From: Nageia nagi
Taxonomy: Eukaryota; Plantae; Pinophyta
DNA length: 64,000 nucleotides
Reading direction: 5' to 3'
Assembly: GCA_050084985.1 (NCBI GenBank)
Contig: JBITNC010000002.1
Coordinates: 16,430,001 to 16,494,000 of the forward strand
Below, piece by piece: positions 1 to 14,406 of the stretch. The position numbers were made by a program, and so were the translations under genes. Position 1 is the stretch's first letter. Each line of letters begins with the position of its first letter. The notes under the pieces are model-generated. The model was not told the DNA's origin, ran no database searches, and saw only the letters and a list, made by a program, of their open reading frames with translations.

Positions 1-1181
1 CCAAAATGCAAGTCTATGGATTTCCAATCACTTGGAAACTTGCGCCTAGGATTTTAGGGCACTTCCATTGGTCAAAATAAAAAATTTGTAGACCTAAAGT
101 GCCTTAGAATGGGATTTTACATGCAATCAAATCATCTTCCTTGATTTTTGAGATAAATTTCATTTTCCCCTATGTAGCTAGGTGCCAAAATACACCTCAA
201 TGGATTTCCATTGGCTTGAAAAACTGTGCCTAGGCTTGGAGGGCTTAAAACTTTGTCAAAATTGAAAATTTCAAGTCCTAATTGTGTTAGAAACAACCTT
301 ATCTCTCCAATGACGCTCTTAGACTTGATTTTCAACACCATTTGCATTTGTCTCTTGAAATGTTTTCATATTTTGCCGTTCCTTGGAGCTATGTGTCAAA
401 ACCCGGGCTTTGATATCACTAAAATCCTCAAACTTTGTTCTTGGCCACACCTTATGCATTCTGGACCCATATCCATCATTTCCGAGCTTGAACTTGACCA
501 AATCCACATTTTCCGCTGTTTCTAGGCTCAAACTATGCATTTCCGAGTTCAAACTTTGAAAAATGGTCATTTCTGATATTTATGGTCAAAACCAAGCTTA
601 ATCTTTGAAAAATGATAATTTTCGGCTTTCTTGACACTTCAGAGCTCAAACTTTACATTTCTGGTCATTTTGAACTCAACTTTGAATTTTTGACCATTTT
701 TGAGCTTTCTGGGCTGAAATGGTGCAAAAATGCATATTTTCTATCATACTTGCCCTTTTCGGCTTTTCGGAGTCAAAATTGACAAAAATGCTTATTTTTG
801 TCATCTTAGCCATACTTGGACACCTTTGTGCTTGTATCCTGCAAAAACGCACCTTTTTGTCACCCTTGGCACTTCCAAGCTCAAACTCTGTATAACCGAC
901 CCCATATGCATTGATTGCACTCTAGACTCAAAAATTCGTGCTCTGATGCTGTCTTTCAGATCTTGGCTCTATGGCTCCAAAATTGGTGATTGGATACTCT
1001 GATACTCTTCGAGGTCTTTGTTGCAAGATCTCCGTGAATCGCTTCCTGATATCATGTTTGCACTCTTTAGAATGAACTATCTGTTGCCAAAACCCAATCT
1101 CAAGGCAATGCACCTCATTGCCTTTGTAAAAATAGGGTCCCCAAAATCTTGTATTTTGGGGTGTGTTGTGTGGGCACAACA
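1..1181 (-). mobile_element. End of a large LTR (same family as 36354-40383), cut by the window start
   Basis: Positions ~700-1181 align by eye with ~39800-40383. Both end in ...AAAATAGGGTCCCCAA...GGGGTGTG...GGGCACAACA, which reads TGTTGTGCCC... on the minus strand. Confidence 0.65.
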
Positions 1182-1431
1182 CAGGGTAGTGATGTCAAGA
1201 CAACGACGAGCAGTAGTGTCAGTTGCAGGTGTGAAGGCTACGAACCACCATGATGTCCATGACATCAAAGGAGCCAACGTTAGGGAAAGCCACATTGAGC
1301 TGGTGTTTACACAGTGCCAAGAGTTTCAAACCACGAGCAAAGCCACAAACGTCCAACAGAGGAGCACATTAGGTGAAACCACACCACGAACAGATCAAAG
1401 GGCAATGTAGGTTCCATCTCTAATGAGGATA

Positions 1432-2568
1432 TGATCCGAAAATTTGGATCCCTTCAACATTCAATAATCTCCATTTCAGTGTGTTCATTGTGATCGTCTT
1501 GTCTTCAGCTTTCCGATGCTTCTTTCGGATCAAGAATCCGAGTCCGTATGTGGAAGTTATGGCATTAAGTTCAGTTTGTGTATATTTGAAAAAAAAAAAT
1601 CAAATATTGGCGGGACCCGCCCGCCACTGTACAGCCCATGTAGGCGTGACAGGGACACGTAGGCGGAGGAGCGGTGGATCGCCAAACGAGCCGCGTGACT
1701 GCCAACTCACCTGCCACCCGCTTGCCACGTCCAGACCACGTAGGCCGGACCATGTGGAGGCCTATTTGACTATTTGACTGCTAAGCCAGCCGTCCGTGCG
1801 CGCGACTTGCCCACCCAGCCAACCCGCCTCGACCTGCGTGGCAAGCCGCCCAGTCAGCTAGCTGCCGGTCAACAGAGTTTGACTTCGTACCAGAACGTGC
1901 CACGTGTCGCCACCACAATGCACCCGCCCAGTTTTGGATTCTTTTAACGTATTTTGGCGTTTCTAAGGTTTTTTGGTGATTTTTGATTCGCCTAAGGTCC
2001 TATTTTTGGGCTGATTAATCCTGTAAGCCTGAAAACAGTCCAGAGAGCGTGTTTTTCAATTTCAGTGCTTGTTTTTGGGAGATTTTTGCAACCATTTGAG
2101 CCCAAATTTGACAGGAAGATCAAGGAGGTTAATGGGTATCTAAAAATGTGTTTTTTTTACCCAATTTGCTAGTTGTAATTCTCTCCAGTTTTAGCTCCAA
2201 AAATTGTATAAAAGGGGAGCAAATTGTACAGGAAAAAAAAAGAGTATTTCGGGAAGTGTTTTCAGTTTTGTTTGTGATTTTCAGAGCTGGGAGTGTGTTG
2301 TGAATGTGAGAGGAGGTTTTGAAGGACCTTGGAGGCCTTGTAAAGTGATTCCACCTATTGATAGTAGAGAGCTTTTGAGCTGGATGTAGCCCACATTGGG
2401 TGAACCAGGATAAATTTTGCTTGTCTCTTTTATGGTGAATGCTTTTCTTTTCTTTGTGTTTACAAGTTTATTCTTGATTTTCTTTTACAAGCACTTAATT
2501 GTTTTAAGTGTGAATTGATTCATTTGAAAAGATTAAATTGAAATTGTAATCTTATAGTTTATGGATCA
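1432..2568 (+). repeat. 5' LTR of gypsy element
   Basis: Near-identical to 7078-8211; TG...CA ends. Confidence 0.95.
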
Positions 2569-2572
2569 AGTT

Positions 2573-2584
2573 TGGTATCAGAGC
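2573..2584 (+). promoter_or_regulatory. Primer binding site (tRNA-iMet)
   Basis: TGGTATCAGAGC just after the 5' LTR. Confidence 0.9.
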
Positions 2585-2650
2585 AAGTTGAAATCATTGG
2601 GATAACCTTTATTTTTGAGATTATTGTTGGTGTTTGGAAAGTGTTCTTGC

Positions 2651-5600
2651 ATGTATACCAGGTCACAAAGCAGGACAGGAGAAGGAGAATTGGTGGAGGA
2701 GGATCCAGAAATTGGTTCTAGAGTTTGGCTAAAGAAGCAAAGAGAGCTTGGAGCCATGGCCAATGAAGGAGGGTCTAATATGGAAAAGCAAATTGCTGAT
2801 CTTGCCACAATGTTCCAGAAAATGTCTCTACAATTCCAACATTTTCAAGAACAACAATACAAGAAAAATGAAGGTGAAACTAGTGAATGTAATAAAATTG
2901 ACAATGATGTTACACATAGTGTTTTTCAAAGTTCTCCTTTGAAATTGGAAGTTAAATTTGATTTGCCTACTTTTATTGGAGAAGTGAATGCTGAGAAATT
3001 AGACCATTGGATTAAACAAATTGAAGTATATTGTAGAATTCAAAGAATTGTAAGAGATGATAAAATCCAATTAGCAACTCTTAAAATGAGTGGTAATGCA
3101 CTTGTTTGGTGGGAAAGTTGTTTACAAAGTAAGAATGAATCTATTCAAGCTTGTATTGCTTCTTGGACCCATTTTGTACAATTGCTTAGAAATCAATTTT
3201 ATCCTTTGAGTTATCGACAAAAAGGCAATCATGGAATGACAAACTTTCCGTCAAGGCAAAGGGCAAAGTGTGCAAGAGTACACTACGGAATTCCGAAGAA
3301 GAGCTACAATGCTAGGTATTCCTCTTGATTCCCAAGATACTCTTCTTAAGTATATTGGTGGTTTGCACAATTATTTAAGGCATACAATATTGATGTTTGA
3401 TCCAAATGATTTGGATAAAGTTTGTGTACAAGCTACTCACTTAGAAGAAAGGGGAAAATATGTTAAGGATGGGAAAAAGAACAATGCTTCCAATAACAAT
3501 AGTAATAATGATTCTGAAAAGAACAAAGGAAAGAGGAAAAAGAAACCTATGTCTACTACACAAAAAGAGAAGTCTAAAGATGCATGTAAACATTGTCAAA
3601 AAGAAGGTCATTTAGAGGCTAAATGTTGGAAATTGCATCTTGAATTACGCCCTAAACCTAAAGGTCAAAAGAAACAAACAAATTCTGTTACTAAGGAAAT
3701 TGAGGATGGTTCAGATGTAGATGATAAAATGGCATGTATGGTTTTGCATAATACACCTAATGAAGATGAGGAAAAGAAGAAAATTGAACTTTTTCACATC
3801 AAGGTGCAAGCTAAGAAGACTAGGATTGATACATTGTTTGATTCTGGATCTCAAGCAAACTTAATTGCAGAAAAGTATGTCAAATCACTTGCACTCACTA
3901 CTCAACCTCATCCAAACCCATATCCATTGGGATGGGTTAATAAAAATTCAAAGTTAAAGGTAACACAACAATGCAAGTTGCAATTTGGGATTAACAGGGA
4001 TTACATTGATGAAGTTTTACTTGATGTTGTTCCTTTGGATATTTTTGGGATTGTGCTTGGTAGTCCTTATCTATGGGAAAGAGATGCTTTATTTTATAGA
4101 AAGGAAAACAACTATAGACTCATTAAAGATGGAATTGAATACATGGTTAGTGCTCATCAAAGCATGAAAAAGGATATTTCTTTGATTACTGCAGGACAAG
4201 CAAAGAAACTAATCAATACAGGACAAATGTTTATACTTGCAATGGTGAAATCTCAAGATGAAGTGGAAATTATAAAGGCACTTGAAGATTCTGAACCACA
4301 ATACAAAGAAGTAAAAGAGGTAGACATTCTGTTTTGGAAACTGAAGAAATTAAGAAACAAGTCAAGGAATTGTTAGATCAAGGAGTCATTAGACTTAGCA
4401 CATCACCATGTGGATCTCCTATTGTTATAATTCCAAAGAAAGATGGAACTTGGCGTATTTGTGTTGATCACAGGGCACTAAATAAGATCATGGTTAAAAA
4501 TCGATATACTTTGCCACGTATTGATGATTTAATGGATCAATTACAAAAAGCTAGGCTTTTCACAAAATTAGATCTAAGAAGTGGTTATCATCAAGTACGA
4601 GTTAAAGAAGAGGATGTGTGGAAAATTGCTTTTAAAACTAGGCAAGGATTGTTTGAATGGTTGGTTTTACTGTTTGGATTATGTAATGCTCTTGCTACTT
4701 TCATGCGTGTAATAAATGAGGTTTTAAGGCCTTTCATTGATGATTTTGTTATTGTGTACCTTGATGATATTCTCATTTATAGTGATAATTGGAAAGAACA
4801 TGTGGTGCATATTCGTAAAGTGTTTGAAGTTTTAAGGGAAGCAAAACTCTATTTGAAAATGTCTAAGTGTGAGTTTGTCAGGAAGAGTTTAATCTATCTT
4901 GGCCACATTGTAGGTGAAGTTCAATTGAGGATAGATCCTGCAAAAATTGAGGCTGTGTTGAAATGGCCTACTCCCACTAATGTGACAGAGACTAGGAGTT
5001 TTCTTGGGGCAGTACAATATTTACGCAAGTTTATTGCTAACTTTTCTTTCATGGCTTCTCCACTTCATGCTATTACAGAAAAGAGTCATGGATTTCAATG
5101 GGGAGGAAAAGAACAACATGCTTTTGATTTGCTTAAAAAGAAAATCAGTAATGCTCCAGTACTTGCTTTGCCTAATCTTCAGAAACCTTTTGAAATTGAA
5201 ACTGATGCAAGTGACTATGCTATGGGTGCAGTTTTATTGCAGGAAAAACATCCGGTTTGCTAGCACTCGGAAATGTTTACCGGTGCGGTAAGAAACTATC
5301 CCACATATGACAAACAATTGTATGCATTAGTTCAAAGTGTTAAAAAATGGAAGCACTATTTGGTAGGTAAAGAGACAATAATTCATACAGACCATCAACC
5401 CTTGCAATATCTTCAGTCACAATCTAAGTTGCAACAATCTAGGCACTTTCGTTGGATGGGATTTTTGCAACAATTTCATTTGGTGATTAAGTACAAGAAG
5501 GGTATTCAAAATAAGATTGCTGATATGTTGTCTAGGCCTCCAATAGTTGCTAGTGTTGTGATTCTGCAAAATAGTTCTTTAATGCATGATGGGTATAAAG

Positions 5601-7039
5601 AACAATATATGGTTGATCCTAATTTCCAAAATGTCTATCATAGATTGAGTCTTGGTAATGAGATTGGAAATTATGACTTTCATTTGCATGATGGATTACT
5701 TTTTCATTTGGGCAAACTTTTTATTCCTAATGGTGAGAGGAATGATTTGATTAGGGAAGCTCATACTTCTCGTACTTCATGACACTTTGGTGTTGGGAAA
5801 ACTCTTGCTAATCTGCAAAGGTATTGTTATTGGCCTAAAATGCAAGAAAATGTATCCAGATATATTAGAGGTTGTATGTTATGCAGTGTAAGCAAACCCA
5901 ATAACAGGAAATTTGGTCTTTATATGCCATTGTCCGTTCCTACACGACCATGGGAGAGTATTTCTATGGATTTTGTTGGAGGTTTACCTATGTTTAAAAG
6001 AGGTCATGATTATTTATATGTGGTTGTGGATAGATTCAGTAAGATGTGTATTCTAATCCCATGTAAAAAGACTGTGACAGGTCAAGAGGCAGCTAATCTT
6101 TTCTTTACTTATGTGTGGGTACATTTTGGTCTTCTTACTTCTATCATTTCTGACAGGGATTCTAGGTTTCTTGGAAGATTTTGGACTTCTTTGTGGGAAA
6201 GGATGGACACTAAGTTAAAGAGGAGTACAACTTTTCATACACAAATAGATGGTCAAACAGAGGTGGTAAACAGGACAGTGGTACACCTATTACGGGGTTA
6301 TTGTGGTAAGCATCCTAAGACTTGGGATGAGCATTTGAATTATATACAGCATGCATATAATTGGGCTTTACATTCTTCTACTAACAAATCACCTCTTGAG
6401 ACTTGTTTTGGTTATTTGCCAAAATCACCTTTCGATATGGCATTTGCTTCAACAAGTGATGGAGATATAGTTCTTCATAATGAGAAGGAGAGGGCAAAGA
6501 ATTTTATTGAAAGGATCGGATTGATTCATCAGAAGGTAAAAGAACAGTTGGAGAAGAGTCAAGCCAAGTATAAGGAGAGGCATGATCGTCATCATGTGGA
6601 TCATAAATTTCATGTTGGGGATCAAGTATGGCTTCATCTTAGCAAGGAGAGACAACATGGTAAGGGAAAGAAGTTGAAACCAATAAGGTATGGTCCATTT
6701 ACCATTATTGGTCAAGTTGGAGACAATGCTTTTCGGTTGGACTTACCACCTTATATGCAAATGTATTCTGTTATTAATGTTGAGAATTTGAAGTTGTATG
6801 AACCAGCCTTAGTTGTAGAAGATACAGATGTCATGTTACCATTAGTTGAGGATTTAGCCCTTGAGCACATGAATGTGTTGGTTGAGGATGCAGTATTGGA
6901 AAAGAAGCAACGATCATCTCGTAGTGGCATACGTGAGGTGTGGCGTATTGGAGTGAAGGGCCAACATCCACACAAGGCCAAGTGTTATGCAGTTGATCGG
7001 GTGAGGGAGCTCTACCCTCACCTCATTTCATCATCCTAA
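2651..7039 (+). pseudogene. Disrupted gag-pol polyprotein
   Basis: Gag with zinc knuckle CKHCQKEGHLEAKC, protease LFDSGS, RT YLDD, RNase H ETDASDYA, integrase SMDFVGGLP/SDRD/GQTEVVN. Frameshift near 3222, frameshifting deletion near 4320, in-frame stops at 5261 and 5780. Confidence 0.92.
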
Positions 7040-7077
7040 ATGCTTTTGGGGACAAGCTCTCTCTCAGTGGGGAGGAA

Positions 7078-8211
7078 TGATCCGAAAATTTGGATCCCTT
7101 CAACATTCAATAATCTCCATTTCAGTGTGTTCATTGTGATCGTCTTGTCTTCAGCTTTCCGATGCTTCTTTCGGATCGAGAATCCGAGTCCGTATGTGGA
7201 AGTTATGGCATTAAGTTCAGTTTGTGTATATTTGAAAAAAAAAAATCAAATATTGGTGAGACCCGCCCGCCACTGTACAGCCCATGTAGGCGTGACAGGG
7301 ACACGTAGGCGGAGGAGCGGTGGATCGCCAAACGAGCCGCGTGACTGCCAACTCACCTGCCACCCGCTTGCCACGTCCAGACCACGTAGGCCGGACCATG
7401 TGGAGGCCTGTTTGACTATTTGACTGCTAAGCCAGCCGTCCGTGCGCGCGACTTGCCCACCCAGCCAACCCGCCTCGACCTGCGTGGCAAGTCGCCCAGT
7501 CAGCTAGCTGCCGGTCAACAGAGTTTGACTTCGTACCAGAACGTGCCACGTGTCGCCACCACAATGCACCCGCCCAGTTTTGGATTCTTTTAACGTATTT
7601 TGGCGTTTCTAAGGTTTTTTGGTGATTTTTGATTCGCCTAAGGTCCTATTTTTGGGCTGATTAATCCTGTAAGCCTGAAAACAGTCCAGAGAGCGTGTTT
7701 TTCAATTTCAGTGCTTGTTTTTGGGAGATTTTTGCAACCATTTGAGCCCAAATTTGACAGGAAGATCAAGGAGGTTAATGGGTATCTAAAAATGTGTTTT
7801 TTTTACCCAATTTGCTAGTTGTAATTCTCTCCAGTTTTAGCTCCAAAAATTGTATAAAAGGGGAGCAAATTGTACAGGAAAAAAAAAGAGTATTTCGGGA
7901 AGTGTTTTCAGTTTTGTTGTGATTTTCAGAGCTGGGAGTGTGTTGTGAATGTGAGAGGAGGTTTTGAAGGACCTTGGAGGCCTTGTAAAGTGATTCCACC
8001 TATTTATAGTAGAGAGCTTTTGAGCTGGATGTAGCCCACATTGTGTGAACCAGGATAAATTTTGCTTCTCTTTTATGGTGAATGCTTTTCTCTTCTCTGT
8101 GTTTACAAGTTTATTCCTTATTTTCCTTTACAAGCACTTAATTGTTTTAAGTGTGAATTGATTCATTTGAAAAGATTAAATTGAAATTGTAATCTTATAG
8201 TTTATGGATCA
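7078..8211 (+). repeat. 3' LTR of gypsy element
   Basis: Follows PPT AGTGGGGAGGAA; copy of 1432-2568. Confidence 0.95.
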
Positions 8212-9179
8212 GCATACAACAGTTGTTAACACCTCAGGAAGTGCACGTCATCATCCTTTATGATCAGTATGCAATCTTTACGACAGAGAGTAAGGGCACG
8301 AGCTATGGAGTAGGAGAGATCGCGTTTTGAATTTGAACAATAGGTAGGCCACGAGTAGAATGGGAGGGGCCACGAGTTGCAGAGAGGTAGCTTTAGGAAC
8401 AATAGCTCTAGTCACACATACAACAAACACCCATGATGTCTAGGTTGGAAGGGGTGTAGTTGTCTTGGGCTGGAGTCCACGTCAAGAGTGGGGGCTACAT
8501 CAAGGGGTCCATCTTCGCACAACTTAAAAGACAACAAGTAAGTAGCATGACTTGTCACTTTGCAAACGATTTTGGGTCTTTGATGAGGAGGTCTGGTCAC
8601 TTCTAGTGTAGAAAACCATGAGCAAAGGTGCGCTATTGTGGCTCATGTCAAGAGTAGCAGGCCACAAATGAACAATGTCCACTAAATGAGAGGTCTATAA
8701 TAGCATAACCACCTAGGATTTCTGCCAACAAACTATCTCTGTCACCTATGATCACAAAGTCAAGAAAAATAAGATTGAGACTTGGATGGAAAGGCTATGA
8801 ATAACAACTTTTACGTCAGTAAACATGAAGTTTCCATAACCTTTCTCTGACACCAATGTAGGTTTGAGATCTAAACTCCAAATTGATTAATTGGAAAATA
8901 ACAATGTTACAATATTTATAGATTGGTTATGTAACCAACTTTCTAAAAATAGAAACTAGCTTAACTAACTAATTAACCTAGAATCGACACATTTTGATTT
9001 TAATATAATATTTGCAAATACCATAATATTATGGTTTTAACAAAAAGCATCCTAAAATTGCCTCAAAATGGCTTTTATTGGCATCAAATTGCTTATTCCA
9101 TCAAAATATGTCCAATGTCACTTGTTTAGGAGTAAAATTTGTTGGTTTATGGTGGAACTCTATTGGTTGAGGCGATAGT

Positions 9180-10620
9180 TTAGAAAATCGCCAATTAAGT
9201 GCAATTTTTTCAAAAAATCGAGATTTGCAATTCTTCCTGACTTTTTGTTTAAAAAATGATGTTTTTTTTAAATTGATGATTTTTTTTTTTTGATAGGGTT
9301 AAATTTATGGACTTTGAATGGAATTGTAACTGTTTTACATTCGAATCAATCACCCAAGTGTGACAAGTACAACAACAAACAAGGTGATTCGAACGTGGGA
9401 CTTCCCAGCAATGAGAAATGCACCCAATCGGTGTGGTATCCCTGAGGGGATTTAAATTGATGATTTTTTGCATCCCCAAAAAGACATTATTTTATACAAA
9501 AAAATGTGGGTCATTTAAACGAGAAAAAGACTTTATTGCAGATTTTTTGAAAAAAAATGCAATTTTTTGTGTGAAATCGCAAGACTGTGTGGGCACTCTT
9601 AAGAGGGCAGAAATGAGATTTTCTTGGTCATTTTGTGTTGTGCAAGCTTGGGAAAAGAAAGGTTGGAGCTGTGTGGGCATTTTTGTAGGTCTGATTTTGT
9701 GATTACAAGAGGTTGGAGGTTGATTCGATGGTTTGTCTACCATGGGAGAGGATTTTTGTGTTCAGATTTCTCTTCATTTTCTTGTATTCTTGTTAGAAAA
9801 TGAAGATGCCTAAGGAGTTGGATCCTTTTAGGTTGTATGCAACACAAGTCAAGGGCAAGCCAGGGAAGCTACAGTGTATCTTTTGTAGAAAGATTATCTC
9901 TAGCAGAATCTACAAGTTCAAAATCCATATTTCTCAAGAAATAGGAAGAGATATGGAAATTTGCCCAAATGCAAATGCAAAACTTGCCCTAGAGGCAAGC
10001 AAATCCCTACAAGGCTGCAAGTTGCAACTAATAAGAAGGCTGCCATTCAAACTGAGTTGGGGATAAATGCTTCAAGATTTCATATTCCCAATGATGTTCT
10101 CCTACTTTGGTCTATGGACACAACTTGCAGCTGAAATATCTATTACCAGTTTGTTGAACAAGAATGAGAAAATAAAGGTAGACCTGATAATGGCCAAGCT
10201 GTATACTATGAAAGAATTCCAATCAACATTGTCTGGAGCTCTTATTGGACACAACATTGCAAAGGCCTCTTGTACATGCTATCAAGCAGGAGTGCTTGGA
10301 TAAGTATATTATATTTTTAAAAATATTTCTTTACTTGTAGTTTTAAATTGTTTTTTATAGAGTTGTGTTTTAGTTTTTAGTTGCTTTGTTTTTTTTTTTT
10401 TTCTAAGTTCTTTGAAATTCGAGAGTCCTAGAAGGTAATGGGATGCACCATAATGTCTGACAGGTGGACAGATGGGAAGGGTAGAACATTCATTAATTTC
10501 TTGGTGTATTGCCCACGAGGCACAATGTTCATGCAATAACAAGAAAAATCATCACATGTTTTAAATACAATCCTTATAACGGGGTGTTTATGCATTGCCA
10601 ATAATGTTGCAAGTGTGACA
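9180..10620 (+). mobile_element. Degenerate hAT transposon fragment (BED finger + DUF659 remnants)
   Basis: ORF 9800-10066 has a BED-like LQCIFCRK...KFKIHI...MEICPN; WTDGKGRTFINFLVYCPRGTMF is readable near 10464. Boundaries approximate. Confidence 0.7.
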
Positions 10621-11269
10621 AAAAGAGAGGGGCTGGTGGTCTTGGTAATCATCATGTGGCTTCCGCCACTGTATTCACTTTCCTTTCTTCTATAAGGGGG
10701 TCCCTGCTAGTGGTATGTGGTTGTTTTGTGACTTGGCCATCCTCCTTGACAGTCTATGCCCATGCATCTGTACACATCATTGGGTTGGTCCACTGTTACT
10801 GCATTGGTGTGTTTATGTCCCCAGGATCTTCCATGCATCCCCACCACCTCATTTGCAAGAAATGATAAATGCAACTGTCGGGAACTTGTCATTGCACAAA
10901 ACAGATTAAAGGGTGAGCATGATTGCTGCTCTGAATGTGTTGAGTAGCTCTGTTGCCCATTTTAGTGGTCCATTACTGCTTTGCTAGGTCTGGGCTAACA
11001 ATCCAAGGGGTGTTTCCCTAGTGGTTAATGAAATTTTAAGGGTGGGAAGCCTCCTTTGCCATTTTGTTGGCTTGGATTGGGATCTGTAGACAAACATTAG
11101 AAACAATGTGTATGTTGTTAGCAAAGGAGAAGAAATTGCAACTGGTAGCTCCAATAAACACACACCCATATCATGCTTTGCAAAGTGAGAACAAAATGAC
11201 AACCCAAAAAATGCAGAACTTCTGTACATGTGGCAAGCATATCAACTAGGTTACCTGCTATTAACTTAA

Positions 11270-11680
11270 TGTACACATATTATAATTAATTATCTAATAA
11301 TAACCTAATAGCACGACCCTACAATTAATTATCTTATAATTAATTAAAGTTATTAATAATAGAGTTATAACTCTTCGCAAGGATGTATCCTTTCACTAGA
11401 TTATATTATATATTAATTAAAGGATTCATATATAATCATCATTGAATATCAACTATCATAAATATATATATCTGTTTCTCATTGGTGAATATTTGGAGAT
11501 CAGCCCTCTTGAAGTGGCTAAGAGCGAGTTGCCCTTTCAAAGTGGCTAAGTAGAGTTTCCCTCTTGAATTGGCTGTACAATAATCATTAGAAGATTCACA
11601 TATATATTTTTTAATTATTGTTAGAATTACTATTTCTGAGATATTATTGCACCTTTTGTATAAGCAATATCATTGCATCA
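11270..11680 (+). repeat. Dispersed AT-rich repeat, second copy at ~44742-45132
   Basis: Shared blocks such as ATAGAGTTATAACTCT, TCCTTTCACTA and GTGAATATTTGGAGATCAGCCCT.TTGAAGTGGC. Confidence 0.7.
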
Positions 11681-11742
11681 CCCAAAAGAATTTGATGCCA
11701 AGAGAGAAAATCTGGGTAGAAATGGCTAAATCAATGTCAAAC

Positions 11743-12100
11743 CCAAGGTTGTCACAGACTGGGGATGGGGTACGGGGGACTAGGGGACGGGTTTCCGGAA
11801 CAGTAGGGGACAGAGACGCGAATTTAGGAAATGCGTGGGATCTAGGGGATGACAAGTTATAAGACAAGGAAAAAAAATGACACATAATCATCCATTATGC
11901 AAAAACCAACAAAATCATTATTCAAAACCTAACAAAATGGTAATACATCATTTCAGAACACAAATGTTATATGAAAACTAACAAAATGGCTAAATATATT
12001 CTACATTCTTAATGAACAGTAGGAAACTTCCCCTATGGAGTCCCCAAGTTTCCGGGGATGGCAGGAATGGGGATGGGGATATTGAGGGTGGGGACATGTT
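11743..12100. mobile_element. Non-autonomous hAT-type end remnant
   Basis: CAAGGTTGTCAC followed by GGGGAC/GGGGAT subterminal motifs, resembling the end of the hAT at 50470. Confidence 0.4.
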
Positions 12101-12439
12101 TATGATATTGTAAAACAACCATAAGCTTGTGTCTTATCCTCCCCTTCACTCTTGTATAATCCAGTTGTAGAATTGTTTTACTTTAATTTGTCTTTAGATT
12201 CATTCTTGTTCTTTTTATCCTTGCTTTTGCTCTTTTGGATATTCTATGGCACTCGAAGGAGATCATATTTTTTGTAGGTATTTATCCTGTGTGATTTTCC
12301 TCTGATTTTCTCTTTGTTAGTGTTTTCTTTGACATTTTTAGGTACAAGTCTAGGTTTTCTACAATGCGTTTCTTTGTATTTAGTTTTCTCAAAACAGAAA
12401 TATAATTTGTTTGCGTTGTTCACTATTTCCCTTTTTGAC

Positions 12440-13220
12440 AAAATGCAACATATATTACTTGAACCAAAAACAGTTACCAACATGGGATCACATGGAAATT
12501 CTCTTGAAATGAAGACCAAAATAGGTCAATGGGACCAATAAGTACATCAAATCATGCAATAGTTAAAGAGAGACAGCGAAGGTGTCTTCTAAAATACAAG
12601 AAAGAGAGGTATGATGAAGAGAATCAAACAACCCTAGAGAGAACAAAAAACAAGTTGGTATATGAAAAAAACAATAAGGTTTTCTCTCGAGGTAGAGGTA
12701 CAAAAGCATCAAACAATCATGCTATAAATCTTCTTCGAGAGTCTGTGTGCTATGCTCAAACAACCTAATAAATCCTCATCACCTTCATGAGAAGTAGAGT
12801 AGGAACACCTACATCTTTTTCTCTCACAAAGATTAGGCTTTTCGCTAAAGTATCAAAACCTTATAGAAGTCTACAAAATAACAGTAGACTTTCAAAGACC
12901 ATTGGTTGTCCTCCTCAATATGGCATGAAAAGTGAACATGTGGTCAATAGATTGATGGTACTTTTTGAAACCAGCTGGCCCTTGGCCTTAGCCCCAACTT
13001 CTTTAATACTTTAGATCAATAGCGTAAAGTGTGGCAACAGTATGGCCAAACATGATAGTCTTATAGATTTTGGGGTCAAGGACACTGACAAACTCGTGAA
13101 TGGGATGGATAATGTTTTGAGACCAAGCTGGTGCAAAACCAGAACAGCCACCTCATTGAAGAGGGTAGCAATAGGACCAGCCATCGGTTTGGTGGTAAGG
13201 AAATAAATCACCAATGTTGT
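12440..13220 (-). mobile_element. Degenerate LINE (RTE-like) reverse transcriptase fragment
   Basis: Minus-strand remnants read DPKIYKTIMFGHTVATLYA, AKG...GF and DHMFTFHAI...VYCYFVDFYKV, matching the RT motifs NYRTIM/QAGFR/DHIFTL/FVDFRKAFD. Multiple frameshifts. Confidence 0.6.
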
Positions 13221-14406
13221 AACTCCATGAGAGTGGAGTCAAGAAAGCTAAATCGTACATAATAACGTGACATTAACAAAAGATTGTTGTAGACTCATTT
13301 TGGAAAATTGATTTGCATGGTAACTCTACAAAAAATCTGCATGCAACCATGCAGATAAACCCTAACCTATGTTGTCTGGATGAGCAAATCAGACCCTAAA
13401 CAGCTTGCACTAGATACGTACTTGTTGAGAGTACTTGGGGATATGTATTGAAATTGAACCATTGCTACATCCATTAAAGCCATACTGGGTGAAAGGGCAT
13501 GTGCAAGGTGTATTGATCCTACTTAAAAATTAATACATGTATCTGAGTAAAACACCAAAGGCTTTGTTAAAAAGGAAGGAACAAACTTCTTTGGTGAGAT
13601 GCAAAATCCGATCCTTCAAGTAAAATCTTTGCAATCCAAACTATTCTAATCAAAAATCGAGACTGAGTTTTATGATATCTTAAGTACTTTTACATGTTGT
13701 AACTAGAGATAAATAGTTATTGAAAAATTATAATATATATGATGTTATGCTGTGATTTACTCATGACATATTTTAATGTATCAATTGACAAATTATAACC
13801 TGAAAATATTATTTCAGTGCAGTTCTACTGAGTAAATGATCTTATATTTTATCTTCTGATTTTTATTATTATGTAACCAAGTTTAAATGGTTTGCACTAC
13901 ATAACCTTGCACCTTGCATACACCTACTCCCTCACATCCATGTACCAAGTCTAGGGAACCTGCACCAGATGAGCGATATCCATATCTTGTGTACCCCTGC
14001 ATCTGTTCACCATACAACCTTACTTCACAAAGTCTGAAACTGCTTATCAATTATCAAAGAATACCAAAGTTGTGTCTTGTACCAAGGGAACGTTGAAATG
14101 AAAAGTAGGCTCATCTCAAATAGACATTGTGAATACATTTCTAACCAATACCCTTTTTCCACAATTGATACACGAGGAATTGCCAAGCTTTATGTCTTTT
14201 AAATGGGTTTTTATTGTTAAACCATATGTAGGATTAATCAAGAAAACACTCTTATGTTAAAAAAAATTAAGAGTGATGGGAGATAATTCTATATTTTGGT
14301 CATTGTTAGACATCAACAAACTTCTTTCTTTTATATGTGTTATTGAAATATAAACTTGATCCATGATCCTTAAGAAAAAAACATTTTTAACATCTTTGGA
14401 TTTCAG

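Larger units (their letters stand above)
1432..8211 (+). mobile_element. Full-length Ty3/gypsy LTR retrotransposon (CRM/Reina-like chromovirus relative), defective
   Basis: LTRs at 1432-2568 and 7078-8211 with TGATCC...GGATCA termini. tRNA-Met PBS at 2573, PPT at 7066-7077, domain order gag-PR-RT-RH-INT, and a 5-bp TSD with one mismatch (GGATA/GCATA). Confidence 0.95.

Noticed and set aside
1182-1431. Sequence flanking the gypsy insertion (continues at 8212-8870) as a gene
   Set aside because: No recognisable protein motifs or splice pattern; probably old repeat DNA.
1481-1777. Duplicated small ORFs at 1481-1777 and 7040-7423
   Set aside because: They lie within the two LTR copies, so the duplication is explained by the LTRs.
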